From a virus: DNA of 64,000 bases. The stretch covers positions 3,599-67,598 of the IMG/VR virus record IMGVR_UViG_3300047319_000410. One strand, written 5' to 3'. The notes under the pieces are model-generated. The model worked only from the letters and a program-made list of their open reading frames with translations. It did no database searches and was not told the origin of the DNA. The translations under genes and the position numbers were made by a program. This document shows, in pieces, positions 38,189 through 48,081 of this stretch; positions within the stretch are counted from its first letter, which is position 1, and every line of letters starts with the position of its first letter.

Positions 38189-40285
38189 TTAAAACTGAGC
38201 GGATTGACTAGTTAAGTTTAACTCGAAAACTATTGCCTCAGCAGTTAATGTTGGTCTAATAAGAATCTTACACCATAACTGATTATTAGCAATTCTTTGT
38301 GGAGTATTTGTGGTTTCATCACAAATAGTTCTATATTGGGTTATACCTCTTCGTCTTCTAATATCATCTAACAACGGATCTATAACACCCTTAATAGCAG
38401 CCCAAGTAAAAGGATCATTAGGCTCAAAAACAAATGATCTACCAGCTACTAATACTGACTTTCTAAGGAAAATCATTAATCGTCTAATATTAATTCTATC
38501 TAAAGCAGTTGCTAATCTTTGACCTGTGCGTTGTCCAAAGATCATTAATCCATCTTGGGGGAAGTTAACTACAGGATTAATAATATTTCCTGCACCATAT
38601 AGAGAGTTTCTATCCCCCTGATTAAGATTCATTTCTACATCAGTTGGCTTAGTTAATCTTCCTCTATTCTCTCCTGCGGGAGCAAACCAAGTTTCTGCTA
38701 CTGCGTCTGTATAAGTCATAGTTCTAACAGCAAAGATTGAAGGATCATACCATCTATCAATGCCATCATACTTACTGAATACTTTAACCCAAGGCCAATA
38801 AACTGCTACCCAAGAACTATTAATTGCAGTACTTCTAGCAGTACTTATACCATTACTCCAGTCTACTGCTTGTTGTACTCCACCTACTGCGTATGGAGGA
38901 GCCATAGCTGCAATAAAGTTTTGTGTGCTCTCTGCTAGAGTAATTAAAGCGTTTTGTACATTTTGATCAGTAACTCCAGGAATAGCGGCTATATCTATAC
39001 CGAGAACATCGTCAGATAATGCTTGCATTCCAGTCTTAGGCGTAACAGAAACATCACCTATTAAAGCTGCTATATTTTCATTTGAATTACCAATTCCACT
39101 TCTACCATTAGCAAGTCCATAAGTTCCTTCTACAAGTTTTAAGAATCTACTTACTATCTTAGTTTCAATTGTAGTGGAAGAAGCAGAACCAACTCCTAAT
39201 CCAATACCAAGAATATTATTACCACCACCAAAAGAATTAAATGTTTCTGCAAATGTTACTGGGGCAGTAGCGTTTAGATCGGTATTTCCTTGAGCTAAAT
39301 AACCATAAATTATTTCTGAAGTTAAAGTTCCATTAGGACTATTACTAATAGCTTTTTCGATAAACGTACCAGATCCAGCTAATCTTACTTTAAATTGTTC
39401 CCTTAATGAACCATTTTGGTTAACTTGAACAATATTATAATTTCCATTTTGGCCTCTTACATCAACGGAATTTCCACTTGTAGTTCCATCAGAATTAACT
39501 CCTAGATTATATCCATTACCAGGATATAAACTAAAAACTTTATAAGAGAAAGAAGACGTCGGATCAGAGAAATTGTAAGATACGCCAGAAGCAGCTACGC
39601 TAGAATAAATAGTATTATTAACAGTACTGTCTGGATTAAATAATTTAAATGCATTTAGTCCAATAGTAAATCCAGGATCAGAATAAGCTGAGGCTGTTAA
39701 AGTAGTTGAAGATCCTGCAAATGCACCAACCAAAATACCATTTGTAGTATCAACAACGGATTGAGGATAAACCCCAACAAATGCGGTTGCTAATGCTCCG
39801 GTTCCTATAATTTTCACTAACGCATTTACTTGTGTAGTGTCAGTCCCAGAAGGGATAGAGAATTGTTTAGGAGTTATAAACTTATTAACTCCAGCATTAT
39901 CAGTAACTTGTATAGATAAATAAAGATTCTGAGTTACTCCAAAACCACTAGCATTAAATTGCATGTGAGGAGAAGCACCAACTTGAAGTACTGAGGAAGC
40001 ACTTATGGCACTAGCAGCAACAGCGGCTCTTACAAAATAAATAGAATTAGTAGTTTCAAAAATCTCTATTGCACCGAGTAAAGCTTGATCAGGTAAACTA
40101 GAGTCTGGTTCACCAAATAGGTCTACCATTCTTTGTGGACTGGTAATTAAAGTAGCTTTATTAGTTGGACCCTTATTAGCAAATCCAACAAGCCCTACTA
40201 TTGAAGAATCAATAGAGGGTGCAAACTGAGAATTATCTACTTCGACTGAGTAGACTCCGGGGGAAACTATAATCGGTGTAGCCAT
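38189..40285 (-). CDS. tail sheath protein (gp18-like)
   Basis: SPGVYSVEVD, GFANKGP, WFAPAG..RG, INPVVNFP, DRINIRRL, FEPND. Confidence 0.96.
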   Translation of the reverse strand: MATPIIVSPGVYSVEVDNSQFAPSIDSSIVGLVGFANKGPTNKATLITSPQRMVDLFGEPDSSLPDQALLGAIEIFETTNSIYFVRAAVAASAISASSVLQVGASPHMQFNASGFGVTQNLYLSIQVTDNAGVNKFITPKQFSIPSGTDTTQVNALVKIIGTGALATAFVGVYPQSVVDTTNGILVGAFAGSSTTLTASAYSDPGFTIGLNAFKLFNPDSTVNNTIYSSVAASGVSYNFSDPTSSFSYKVFSLYPGNGYNLGVNSDGTTSGNSVDVRGQNGNYNIVQVNQNGSLREQFKVRLAGSGTFIEKAISNSPNGTLTSEIIYGYLAQGNTDLNATAPVTFAETFNSFGGGNNILGIGLGVGSASSTTIETKIVSRFLKLVEGTYGLANGRSGIGNSNENIAALIGDVSVTPKTGMQALSDDVLGIDIAAIPGVTDQNVQNALITLAESTQNFIAAMAPPYAVGGVQQAVDWSNGISTARSTAINSSWVAVYWPWVKVFSKYDGIDRWYDPSIFAVRTMTYTDAVAETWFAPAGENRGRLTKPTDVEMNLNQGDRNSLYGAGNIINPVVNFPQDGLMIFGQRTGQRLATALDRINIRRLMIFLRKSVLVAGRSFVFEPNDPFTWAAIKGVIDPLLDDIRRRRGITQYRTICDETTNTPQRIANNQLWCKILIRPTLTAEAIVFELNLTSQSAQF

Positions 40286-40296
40286 TAATTACCTCT

Positions 40297-40479
40297 TTAT
40301 GCGTTCGCTATTTTAATCATTCTTCGTCTAAACAAATTAAAAATTATATCTGTTAGATAGTAGTCTGGGACTGTTATGGATTCTTTAGGGTTTAAATAAA
40401 TTCTATTTATACCTTTTTCTGTTTTAAAATATAACTCTAATCCTTGCAAACAGTCGTTTTTAATTTCTTTTAAGACCAT
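40297..40479 (-). CDS. hypothetical protein
   Basis: 60 aa ORF downstream of a late promoter. Confidence 0.6.
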   Translation of the reverse strand: MVLKEIKNDCLQGLELYFKTEKGINRIYLNPKESITVPDYYLTDIIFNLFRRRMIKIANA

Positions 40480-40488
40480 AAAATTATC

Positions 40489-40502
40489 TATTTATATTTA
40501 TA
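40489..40502 (-). promoter_or_regulatory. T4-type late promoter (two overlapping TATAAATA)
   Basis: TATAAATATAAATA on the minus strand upstream of the sheath/tube operon; a gp55-like gene is present. Confidence 0.6.
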
Positions 40503-40537
40503 ACACCTATAAGCATAATTTAAGAAATATTTCGTAT

Positions 40538-42793
40538 TTATGGCACTATTACCCAAGTATTTGATTTTAATGAGGGAACTCCACCAGCCCCACCAAATCC
40601 AGGAACTATAGTCTCAGGAATACAAAAATTACCTCCATTAGTATCAGTAAATGGAAGACAATCAATAGTAGACCCACAACTAGGAGGACCCTGCTCAGGG
40701 AATAAAGTTAATAATTTATTTAAATCATCAAAAGTAAAAGCCGCTGGCTGATAAACTTCCCTACCATCCCTAAATATTTGACTTGGACAGGCATTAAAAT
40801 CAGTCAACATAGTTTTAACTTCAGAAGTTAAATTTAAAGTTGATCCAGTAGATAGCCCAGCAAAATTAGTATAAAGTAATAAAGTATCTATATTAAAAGC
40901 ACTAACAATAGAAATAGTATTAATAGCAGAAGCAATATTATAAGTATAATTACTCCACCCAGAGAAATCTTGAACTATGCCAAACTGTAAGAATCTCCCA
41001 TCCCTATCTACCCACATATTACAAGAAGATGGATAAGTTAAAGTACAAGAAGCCAAGAAATTACAGGCAAATGTAGGATCCATTGCACTCCAAGCATGAT
41101 TTCCTGGTCCTGCGGATACTACTAAAGTCTTACCACTATATCCTAAAGTAGAAGTTAAATAGTTATATAAAATTCTAGTAGAAGAAGCCAAATAAGCTAC
41201 TGGTTCATTAGAAGTAACAAAACACATAGTAGTTATATGCTTTAAATTATTAGCCAATGTTCCACTTGCATAAGCAACCGCAGAAGTATTTTGATCAATA
41301 GTAATTAAAGATCCTTGCTCATATTCAAATGGTCTTTGCTCTGGTTGAAGTGCAGAAACTTCAGACCAAAACTGACCTTGGAAAGGGAAATAATCAGGAT
41401 TAGCTCTGCCCGCTAATAAAAATCTAGACTCTGTGGTAGCATTATTATCTTCATACTGAGTAAATCTAGCGGAAGTTCCTCCAGTATGAATTATAATTCC
41501 AGCGAATAATCCATCAACAGGATCTAAATATCTAGCTGCGTATTGACCCGCATTACCAGAATGTGAAAAGCTAACTCCAAGTATTCTTCTTCTATCAATA
41601 TTAGGATATGTATCTAACATATATCTAATTGATCTTCTGGTATTTTCAAAAGAAGCTACGTTTCCTCTGTTTCTTATCTGCGTAACATTAGGAATTATAG
41701 GTCCAACCTGCCCAGTTGGAATTAATAAATACCAACCTCTATCTACTGTTTGTTGATAGAATTGAGTATTATGTAGTGCATTATTAGTTCCGCTATAAGC
41801 ATCTTCATTCCAAGCATGAAATACTACTAATAATGGAGCAGTAGTTTCTCCAGTGTTATAGCAAGAAGGAACAGAGAAAAAAGCTGTTTCTCCATAAGCG
41901 GTTCCTGTTATAGAAGAAGTAAAAGTAAAAGTTCCTGAGAATCCAGCATTACAATCACCAGGAGGTCCACTACTTCCAGATCCAGCTCCCCCACCAGATC
42001 CAGTAAATGCTACTGAACTAAAGATGGTGTCACCACCATTAAACATATCAACTTCTAAATTTATCTCTTGAATGTCACCAGTAGAAGTATAAAGATATTT
42101 TTTAGTTGGGAGATAAGCTTGTACCTGAATCTCAAATTGTTTTCTTATTACCCTATCTTCTCTATCTCCAACAATATAAGATGAATTATCTCCAAACTCG
42201 TTAATAAAGGCTAGGGTCTTATTACTGAATTTAGTAACTACAGTTAGGGCCGGATTGAATAAAGAAAATACTTGCTCCTTAATTTGATCGAGGTCTTCAG
42301 TATACTTAACCCAAACATTAAGAAGATAAATTATCTTTACTGGTCTGGATACTAAAGAAATTATACGTTCATTTTTTGCTATACCAGTATCCCTAATGGT
42401 CTGAGCATAGACCATAGGATTAAATCGTCTTCTAGTATCGTCGTTTTCGTCCCCAACTTGACTAATAGAAAGGAAAGGAAGAACTAAATTCTCTTCCTTC
42501 ATTAAACTTGCTACTGCACGCTCTGGATTAGCATATACACACTTAATAGGAATTCTTTGATCATCTTTTCCTAAAAATTGAAATTGATTAAAATTATTTT
42601 TTAAAGATTTAAGAGTTTCTTTATAAAGTTGGCTTATACCTGTTTTATCTTTTCCTGCTTCATTAATGAATTGTCTCATTAATTCAAAAGGATAATACGC
42701 TTGACTTCTTGCTACTGTAGAGTGAGCAATAATATCATCATTATTGTCAAACGATGAAGTAGATAATTCTGTTAAATTAATTAAATTAGGCAT
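40538..42793 (-). CDS. tail completion/sheath terminator (gp15-like) fused to an alpha/beta-hydrolase domain
   Basis: N-terminal IPIKCVYANPER/LPFLSI/EDLDQIKEQV..FNP and position after the neck genes; Gly-rich linker; PLLVVFH, IDRRRILGVSFSHSG, GNHAW. Confidence 0.75.
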   Translation of the reverse strand: MPNLINLTELSTSSFDNNDDIIAHSTVARSQAYYPFELMRQFINEAGKDKTGISQLYKETLKSLKNNFNQFQFLGKDDQRIPIKCVYANPERAVASLMKEENLVLPFLSISQVGDENDDTRRRFNPMVYAQTIRDTGIAKNERIISLVSRPVKIIYLLNVWVKYTEDLDQIKEQVFSLFNPALTVVTKFSNKTLAFINEFGDNSSYIVGDREDRVIRKQFEIQVQAYLPTKKYLYTSTGDIQEINLEVDMFNGGDTIFSSVAFTGSGGGAGSGSSGPPGDCNAGFSGTFTFTSSITGTAYGETAFFSVPSCYNTGETTAPLLVVFHAWNEDAYSGTNNALHNTQFYQQTVDRGWYLLIPTGQVGPIIPNVTQIRNRGNVASFENTRRSIRYMLDTYPNIDRRRILGVSFSHSGNAGQYAARYLDPVDGLFAGIIIHTGGTSARFTQYEDNNATTESRFLLAGRANPDYFPFQGQFWSEVSALQPEQRPFEYEQGSLITIDQNTSAVAYASGTLANNLKHITTMCFVTSNEPVAYLASSTRILYNYLTSTLGYSGKTLVVSAGPGNHAWSAMDPTFACNFLASCTLTYPSSCNMWVDRDGRFLQFGIVQDFSGWSNYTYNIASAINTISIVSAFNIDTLLLYTNFAGLSTGSTLNLTSEVKTMLTDFNACPSQIFRDGREVYQPAAFTFDDLNKLLTLFPEQGPPSCGSTIDCLPFTDTNGGNFCIPETIVPGFGGAGGVPSLKSNTWVIVP

Positions 42794-43353
42794 TATCTAC
42801 CATATCCTTCAAGATCATTAGTTTCTGTTCTAGTAATATCAAGCACCTCAGCATTGTCTCTTAGGATTCTAGCAGAACAAATTAAATGATAAACTCCATA
42901 AGCCTCAAAACTATCTTCCTGAACTTCAAATATCTCATATTTAATATTTTGAAATTTAGGTTGAATTACATCACCAACCTTAACTGATCGTTCTAATCTG
43001 TACTCTAGATAAGATTTATTAAAAGTAAATACTTGATCATTAGTTAATTCAATACCAAACTCAGATAAATTTTCTTCTATAATCTTAGGGTCAAAGTGGC
43101 CTACGACTAGAATACCTTCTTTAGCTATTATTTTATTTCTATCTTCTAAGTAAATCTTATCAAAAGAAGTTTCATTACCTAGGTACTTAAAATAAAGTAT
43201 TGGGGATCCAGTTAATTTAATAGCCTCATCATCAATCATATTAAATAGATTAATATCTGGGTTAGATTGATCATATAGATTTAATAGACCACTTTCTCCC
43301 GACTCTGGAGTATAGATTACTGGAGTAGATACTTTAAAGTTCTCTTTGGACAT
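42793..43353 (-). CDS. neck protein (gp14-like)
   Basis: DEAIKLTG, DKIYLEDR, LSEFGIEL, VKVGDVI, YEIFEV; synteny. Confidence 0.78.
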   Translation of the reverse strand: MSKENFKVSTPVIYTPESGESGLLNLYDQSNPDINLFNMIDDEAIKLTGSPILYFKYLGNETSFDKIYLEDRNKIIAKEGILVVGHFDPKIIEENLSEFGIELTNDQVFTFNKSYLEYRLERSVKVGDVIQPKFQNIKYEIFEVQEDSFEAYGVYHLICSARILRDNAEVLDITRTETNDLEGYGR

Positions 43354-43644
43354 TTATTTCTTCTCTAATAACTTTCCCAATCTTAATATAACTTTCATTT
43401 TCTTTTGTTGAATTTTTTGCATAGCATCTAATTCAGTTTTAGCAATTTTAGTTACTTTATGTTTTGGTCCAAGACTTTTCTCATATACTCCGTGTTCTAA
43501 TAACTTTGCTTTTATTTCTTTACTTAACTTTTTATACTCTTGAATACATTTTTTATAACCACGAGCTTCTCCTGACCAAGTATGAGTAGGTTGGTTATTA
43601 AGATAATCTATAAATTTATTCGCATCAAGAGCTACATTATCCAT
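43354..43644 (-). CDS. small basic hypothetical protein
   Basis: Lys-rich; WSG..R.Y.K shared with the upstream ORF. Confidence 0.65.
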   Translation of the reverse strand: MDNVALDANKFIDYLNNQPTHTWSGEARGYKKCIQEYKKLSKEIKAKLLEHGVYEKSLGPKHKVTKIAKTELDAMQKIQQKKMKVILRLGKLLEKK

Positions 43645-43970
43645 TAATGATTTTTAAATATTTCTTTGTACTTTTCTATTCGTTTATGATTTTTTAATAT
43701 TCCACTAACCACATCTGTACTAGTAAATTTTCTCTTATTTCTTCGTTTTGTATTTTCTGGATTTTGTGGAATAGCATCATAAGCTCTATACATTTTTCTA
43801 CTAATCTTATCTCTTTTTTTATCAATATTAGCAGCAGCCTTATGATTACCCAAATCTTTCATAGCCGCTGCTCTATAATGACCACTAGCATTTTGTTTTG
43901 ATAATTTATGATAAGCTCTAGTAGCCCCAGACCACTCAGACTCCTGTAATAATTCTAATAATAATTTCAT
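43644..43970 (-). CDS. small basic hypothetical protein
   Basis: MKLLLELLQE|SEWSGATRAYHK; start reassigned to the ATG right after the gp13 stop. Confidence 0.65.
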   Translation of the reverse strand: MKLLLELLQESEWSGATRAYHKLSKQNASGHYRAAAMKDLGNHKAAANIDKKRDKISRKMYRAYDAIPQNPENTKRRNKRKFTSTDVVSGILKNHKRIEKYKEIFKNH

Positions 43971-43971
43971 A

Positions 43972-44835
43972 TTAAAAAGTTGAGAATGGAGCGAACTCTT
44001 CAATCTCATCCATAAGTTGTTGTTCTAACATCTGCATTTCTTCTTTGCCCTCTTGACGTAGGATATCACCATCAAGAGTAGCCCCACCACCAGGACCAGG
44101 AAGTACTTTATATTTTCCTCTTACTGCTCCTAATATTGTTTTAGCTTTAGCTAATGCATATCTGTGTAACCAGTTTCTAATATAAGGATGTAAAGTATCA
44201 GAGTCTAATCCTCTATATTGAACTATTACTGGATCTGGAGTTATAACTGGAACTGGGTAAATCTGTAACCACTTATTATTAATTACATCCCAAGAACCAT
44301 CATTTCCTAGAACCTTACGAATCATCTCTAAATGCATCTGCATTAAAAGATATTCACCTACTTGAAAGTCCGAGAATATAAAATTCTCTGTAAAGTATCT
44401 TAAAAATACGTCAAACTCTAAGGTACCATAAGATGCCTGAGCAGATAATAAACTTCTCTTATAAACTACATAAGTTAAGTTATCTAGAATATATTGAGGA
44501 AGTTCATATACGTTTTCTCCTGCTGACGCCATAAAAACTGCCATTTGAGTAGTAGAATTAGGTAGATGGAAGTAAAGTTTACTTATTGATTCATCTATCG
44601 CAATTTTAATTTGCAAATCTGTTAGTTCTACTCTTATAGTTGGAGCACCTAAGGAACCTAAAATATAGGCTTTAGTATTCTTTTCAAATTTGGAGAATGT
44701 TACATTATCAATATAATCATTTCTGTTTAAACCAGAACTAATAATCTCTCCCAAAGTTTCTCTTTGGTAAAGTCTATCACCATGAGGTTTAGAAAAGGAA
44801 TCCCCATAATTAGCAATTTGAGGTTTTAATGGCAT
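43972..44835 (-). CDS. neck protein (gp13-like)
   Basis: YILGSLGAPTIRVELTD.Q, WLHRYALAKAK.ILG..RGKY..LPGPGG..TLDG. Confidence 0.88.
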   Translation of the reverse strand: MPLKPQIANYGDSFSKPHGDRLYQRETLGEIISSGLNRNDYIDNVTFSKFEKNTKAYILGSLGAPTIRVELTDLQIKIAIDESISKLYFHLPNSTTQMAVFMASAGENVYELPQYILDNLTYVVYKRSLLSAQASYGTLEFDVFLRYFTENFIFSDFQVGEYLLMQMHLEMIRKVLGNDGSWDVINNKWLQIYPVPVITPDPVIVQYRGLDSDTLHPYIRNWLHRYALAKAKTILGAVRGKYKVLPGPGGGATLDGDILRQEGKEEMQMLEQQLMDEIEEFAPFSTF

Positions 44836-44842
44836 ATTTTAA

Positions 44843-45016
44843 TTACTCGTCTTCATCCTCTGCATGTTTAGTATTTTTGGTTTCTATATCTGATCCTTCT
44901 TCTTTGTCATCATTATTAGTTTTATCTTTATAATATTTTCCAAACTTATTCTTCTTGGACTTCTTTTTTCTTTCGGCTAACATCGCTTCGTTTAGGATAC
45001 TCAAAATTTCCTTCAT
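44843..45016 (-). CDS. 57-aa basic/acidic micro-protein
   Basis: MKEILSILNEAMLAERKKKSKKNKFGKYY...EDEDE with GAGG SD; not in the ORF track. Confidence 0.6.
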   Translation of the reverse strand: MKEILSILNEAMLAERKKKSKKNKFGKYYKDKTNNDDKEEGSDIETKNTKHAEDEDE

Positions 45017-45161
45017 TGTTTTCCTCTTTTTTAATTTCTATTAGATATGGATGATTAATAAATTGATGAAATTCCACTATTTGATTAGGATAAATCTCTT
45101 TAATTTCATCATCCACATAAATTAATAACTTACTTCTACTATTGCATTTAAATTTAAACAT
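44946..45161 (-). CDS. hypothetical protein
   Basis: 71 aa ORF; its 3' end overlaps the next small ORF. Confidence 0.55.
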   Translation of the reverse strand: MFKFKCNSRSKLLIYVDDEIKEIYPNQIVEFHQFINHPYLIEIKKEENNEGNFEYPKRSDVSRKKKEVQEE

Positions 45162-45732
45162 TCTGACTCTTATTTATATACTCATTTTCTAGGTTATTTA
45201 ACTCTATTATTTTCTCTTCTCTATGAGTTTCCCTGTGGCAATTAGCACATAATAGGTCACATTTATCTAATTCAAACTTAATTTTATCATCAAATACTCT
45301 TGTTCTAACTTCAAATATAGAAAAACTTTTTTCCTCTGGATTTCTGTGATGAAAGTCCATAGCTTCTGGGCACTTATTATAACCACACTTAATACATTTT
45401 CCTCCTTTATATTCTAAGCATTTTAATTTAAATTTACCTCTATTTTGTAAATTATTTTTAACTGCACATTTTCTACAGGCAGAAGAATATCCATGTTTAA
45501 ACTTATTATTTTTGTAAAAATAAGATAAATCAAAGGTTCTATGACAATAATTACATTCTTTAAAATTAAAAATTAAATTTGGTTTAATTCTGCCATAAGG
45601 AAGACACTCTAAACAATTTAATCTTGTATGAAGTTTTTTACGTACCCCATTTATTTTAATAACGGATTTAAATTCCTTACCACAATCTTTACAGACCAAC
45701 ATTCTACATTTACGATTACGAGTCCAAACCAT
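45154..45732 (-). CDS. free-standing HNH (homing-type) endonuclease
   Basis: GGKCIKCGY, DFHH, CDLLCANCHRETH, plus N-terminal CxxC pairs; own TATAAT (45751-45756) and AAGGAG SD. Confidence 0.85.
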   Translation of the reverse strand: MVWTRNRKCRMLVCKDCGKEFKSVIKINGVRKKLHTRLNCLECLPYGRIKPNLIFNFKECNYCHRTFDLSYFYKNNKFKHGYSSACRKCAVKNNLQNRGKFKLKCLEYKGGKCIKCGYNKCPEAMDFHHRNPEEKSFSIFEVRTRVFDDKIKFELDKCDLLCANCHRETHREEKIIELNNLENEYINKSQNV

Positions 45733-45766
45733 ATTATAACTCCTTATGATATTATACTCATATAGT

Positions 45767-45799
45767 AGAAAGAAAAAGCCAGGGTTGATCCTGGCTTTT
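45767..45799 (-). terminator. rho-independent terminator after the major capsid gene
   Basis: AAAAGCCAGG/CCTGGCTTTT stem with a T-tract. Confidence 0.85.
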
Positions 45800-45850
45800 C
45801 CTCTATGACGGTCCTCTGACCTAAGTTGTTAGTAACTAATCAGTTAGATA

Positions 45851-47401
45851 CTAGGTACGCTGTGGCCCGGAATTCGTGTCACGCCCGTACGGTACGAATA
45901 GATAGTTACTAATCGGGCCTATGATTCTTATAATTCTGAAGAATCTAGACTCTGGAGTTATTGAAACCTTGCCATATCGAGTAAGGATACCCTTTCTTGG
46001 TTGGAAGGTTAACGGATCAGTAACCGTTGGTAGTGCTTGCAATGGAATATATGGGCAATAAACATATCCTTGATCCATTGGACTAGAACCACGATATCCC
46101 ATCATAATTTCATCTTCTGGGTATAGTGGGTCAATATAAAGGTCATACTTGTTAGCAAATTTACCCTTATATTCAATTGCATTAGGACCCATATTGGTAG
46201 GACGATCAGCCATATCAATTCCACCATGAAGCTTACTTGAAGTTTCAAGAATAGAACCAATTAGTGGTGAAGTTACCATCCAAGTTCCGGGCCCTCTTAG
46301 AGTTGACTTCCAAATATCTTGTGATGCAAGATTAATTACACCCATCAAGTTAGCATAAACATCGCCAACGTGACGAGGAGCAAACGGAAGTGAACTAGAG
46401 GTAAAGTCAATAACAAAGACGTTTGAAAGCGTCTGTGCTGGGTTGCCTTGACCTGTGGTAGCTGCGTTTGCAAAGTCATATAAGAACTGAGCAGGAGTGA
46501 ATCCTGTTCCATCATTAAGGAAGTTATTACTGTTTGACTGATCTAGGTAAGATCTATTAAATCCACCAAATGAACCAGAAACATCATAAGAAATCATTCT
46601 GAGGTCTTCAACTAACTCTCGGTCGATTTCAAGAGTAAGTTCCTTACTAAGTAAATCAGTAAGTTCTGACTCAAGGTCGATATTGTGATAAGCCTTCAAG
46701 TCTTGACCAGCTTCAATAGTCCATAGAGCACGCATCTTACGTGTTCTAGCTTCTACTGGTTGTTGTTCAATGTGAAGGTTTAACTCTGCAATTGCTGAAC
46801 CTGAGAGACGCTCACCACCTGAAGTATTATAACCAAGAATGGTTGTTTGATCAGGCCAAGCTGCAATCTGACCACCATAGGTAGTAGAAGGAGAACCAGA
46901 AGCCCAAGATAACAATTGAGCAAGAGTAGGAGAAGGAGTTACATCCGAGTCCAAGTTTGCATTATTACCGAAGATACTTGAGGTTACGAAGTTACGATAA
47001 GTAAGATTATACTTACTGTAAACAGTTTGAGTTCTTTGTGTTCCACCATCAGGGCCACCGACTCTATCAAATCCCATATAGAAGACTTGTGAGACCGGAC
47101 CTTGCATAGGTTGAACGCCAACAATGTAGTTTGCAATTAGTTGTGGGAATACCCTGCGAACTAAAGGAAATGCAAACTTTTGGAATGTACCAAGCTTACC
47201 AACAGTAGTAGGTGAATCACCAGTACCGAATGCTTCATCGATACTGCCTTCTTTAATACCTTCAACTATTACAGACTTGGCTTGATTTTCTAGAAGTTGA
47301 GCAGTTACCTTCCTAATGTAACTATTCTTTATATCCCCTACAATAGGGTTCCACTTCTTAACCAGTGATTCACTGATTCGTGAGGCAACTACATCATTCA
47401 T
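45851..47401 (-). CDS. major capsid protein (gp23-like)
   Basis: LLENQ, PLVRR, VGVQPMQGP, EARTRKMRA.WT.E..QDL, EIDRE, YCPYIPL, FQPRKG..TRYG. Confidence 0.97.
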   Translation of the reverse strand: MNDVVASRISESLVKKWNPIVGDIKNSYIRKVTAQLLENQAKSVIVEGIKEGSIDEAFGTGDSPTTVGKLGTFQKFAFPLVRRVFPQLIANYIVGVQPMQGPVSQVFYMGFDRVGGPDGGTQRTQTVYSKYNLTYRNFVTSSIFGNNANLDSDVTPSPTLAQLLSWASGSPSTTYGGQIAAWPDQTTILGYNTSGGERLSGSAIAELNLHIEQQPVEARTRKMRALWTIEAGQDLKAYHNIDLESELTDLLSKELTLEIDRELVEDLRMISYDVSGSFGGFNRSYLDQSNSNNFLNDGTGFTPAQFLYDFANAATTGQGNPAQTLSNVFVIDFTSSSLPFAPRHVGDVYANLMGVINLASQDIWKSTLRGPGTWMVTSPLIGSILETSSKLHGGIDMADRPTNMGPNAIEYKGKFANKYDLYIDPLYPEDEIMMGYRGSSPMDQGYVYCPYIPLQALPTVTDPLTFQPRKGILTRYGKVSITPESRFFRIIRIIGPISNYLFVPYGRDTNSGPQRT

Positions 47402-47409
47402 ATTATCTA

Positions 47410-48030
47410 TTACTCCTTAATTAAGTTTTTTGTTAATTTAATTACTTCTTCTGTCAACCACGGATTATCGTTTTCTTCCGCTGGCTTTTTATCTGCATTA
47501 TTTATAACGATAGCTTTTTCAGATGATTTAAAAGGCTTCGCAACTTGTTCAGTTAGAGTCTTAACCTTCTCACCTAATTTATTACCAGTCTTAGATAATA
47601 AAATGTTCTTTTGTTCTAATACTTTTGCAGTATTACTAAGTTTAGCATTTTCAGCTAATACTTTCTTCATTTCAACTACTAGAGTTGAAAGTTCTTCTTT
47701 TAATTGAGAGTTTTCATCTTCAATATCAGATTTAGCATTTTCTCTATCTTGTTCATTTAACTCAATTGCCATTACTGATTTAAAACTCTTCATTAGTTCT
47801 GCGTCTCTAAAAACTTGATTCTCTTCTCCAAGTTCTTTTAATGCTTGTTCCTTAATTTCGTTCTTTTGTAATTCTAAGTAACCTAAGACTTTAGCACTAA
47901 GTTCTTTTTTAACTGCATCAACCTCTTCGGTAATATGGGATTGAACTAATTCAGCAATCTTGTTTACCGAAGCCTCACTTAAACCCTCAGGTAAAAGTTC
48001 TGCAATCTTAATAGTTTTATTCTTTTTCAT
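47410..48030 (-). CDS. prohead scaffold protein (gp22-like)
   Basis: Coiled-coil, Glu/Lys-rich; between protease and capsid genes. Confidence 0.78.
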   Translation of the reverse strand: MKKNKTIKIAELLPEGLSEASVNKIAELVQSHITEEVDAVKKELSAKVLGYLELQKNEIKEQALKELGEENQVFRDAELMKSFKSVMAIELNEQDRENAKSDIEDENSQLKEELSTLVVEMKKVLAENAKLSNTAKVLEQKNILLSKTGNKLGEKVKTLTEQVAKPFKSSEKAIVINNADKKPAEENDNPWLTEEVIKLTKNLIKE

Positions 48031-48081
48031 TATTTTTAGCTACCTCTATATACTTTTTAATACTTAAAATTTTACTTATTT

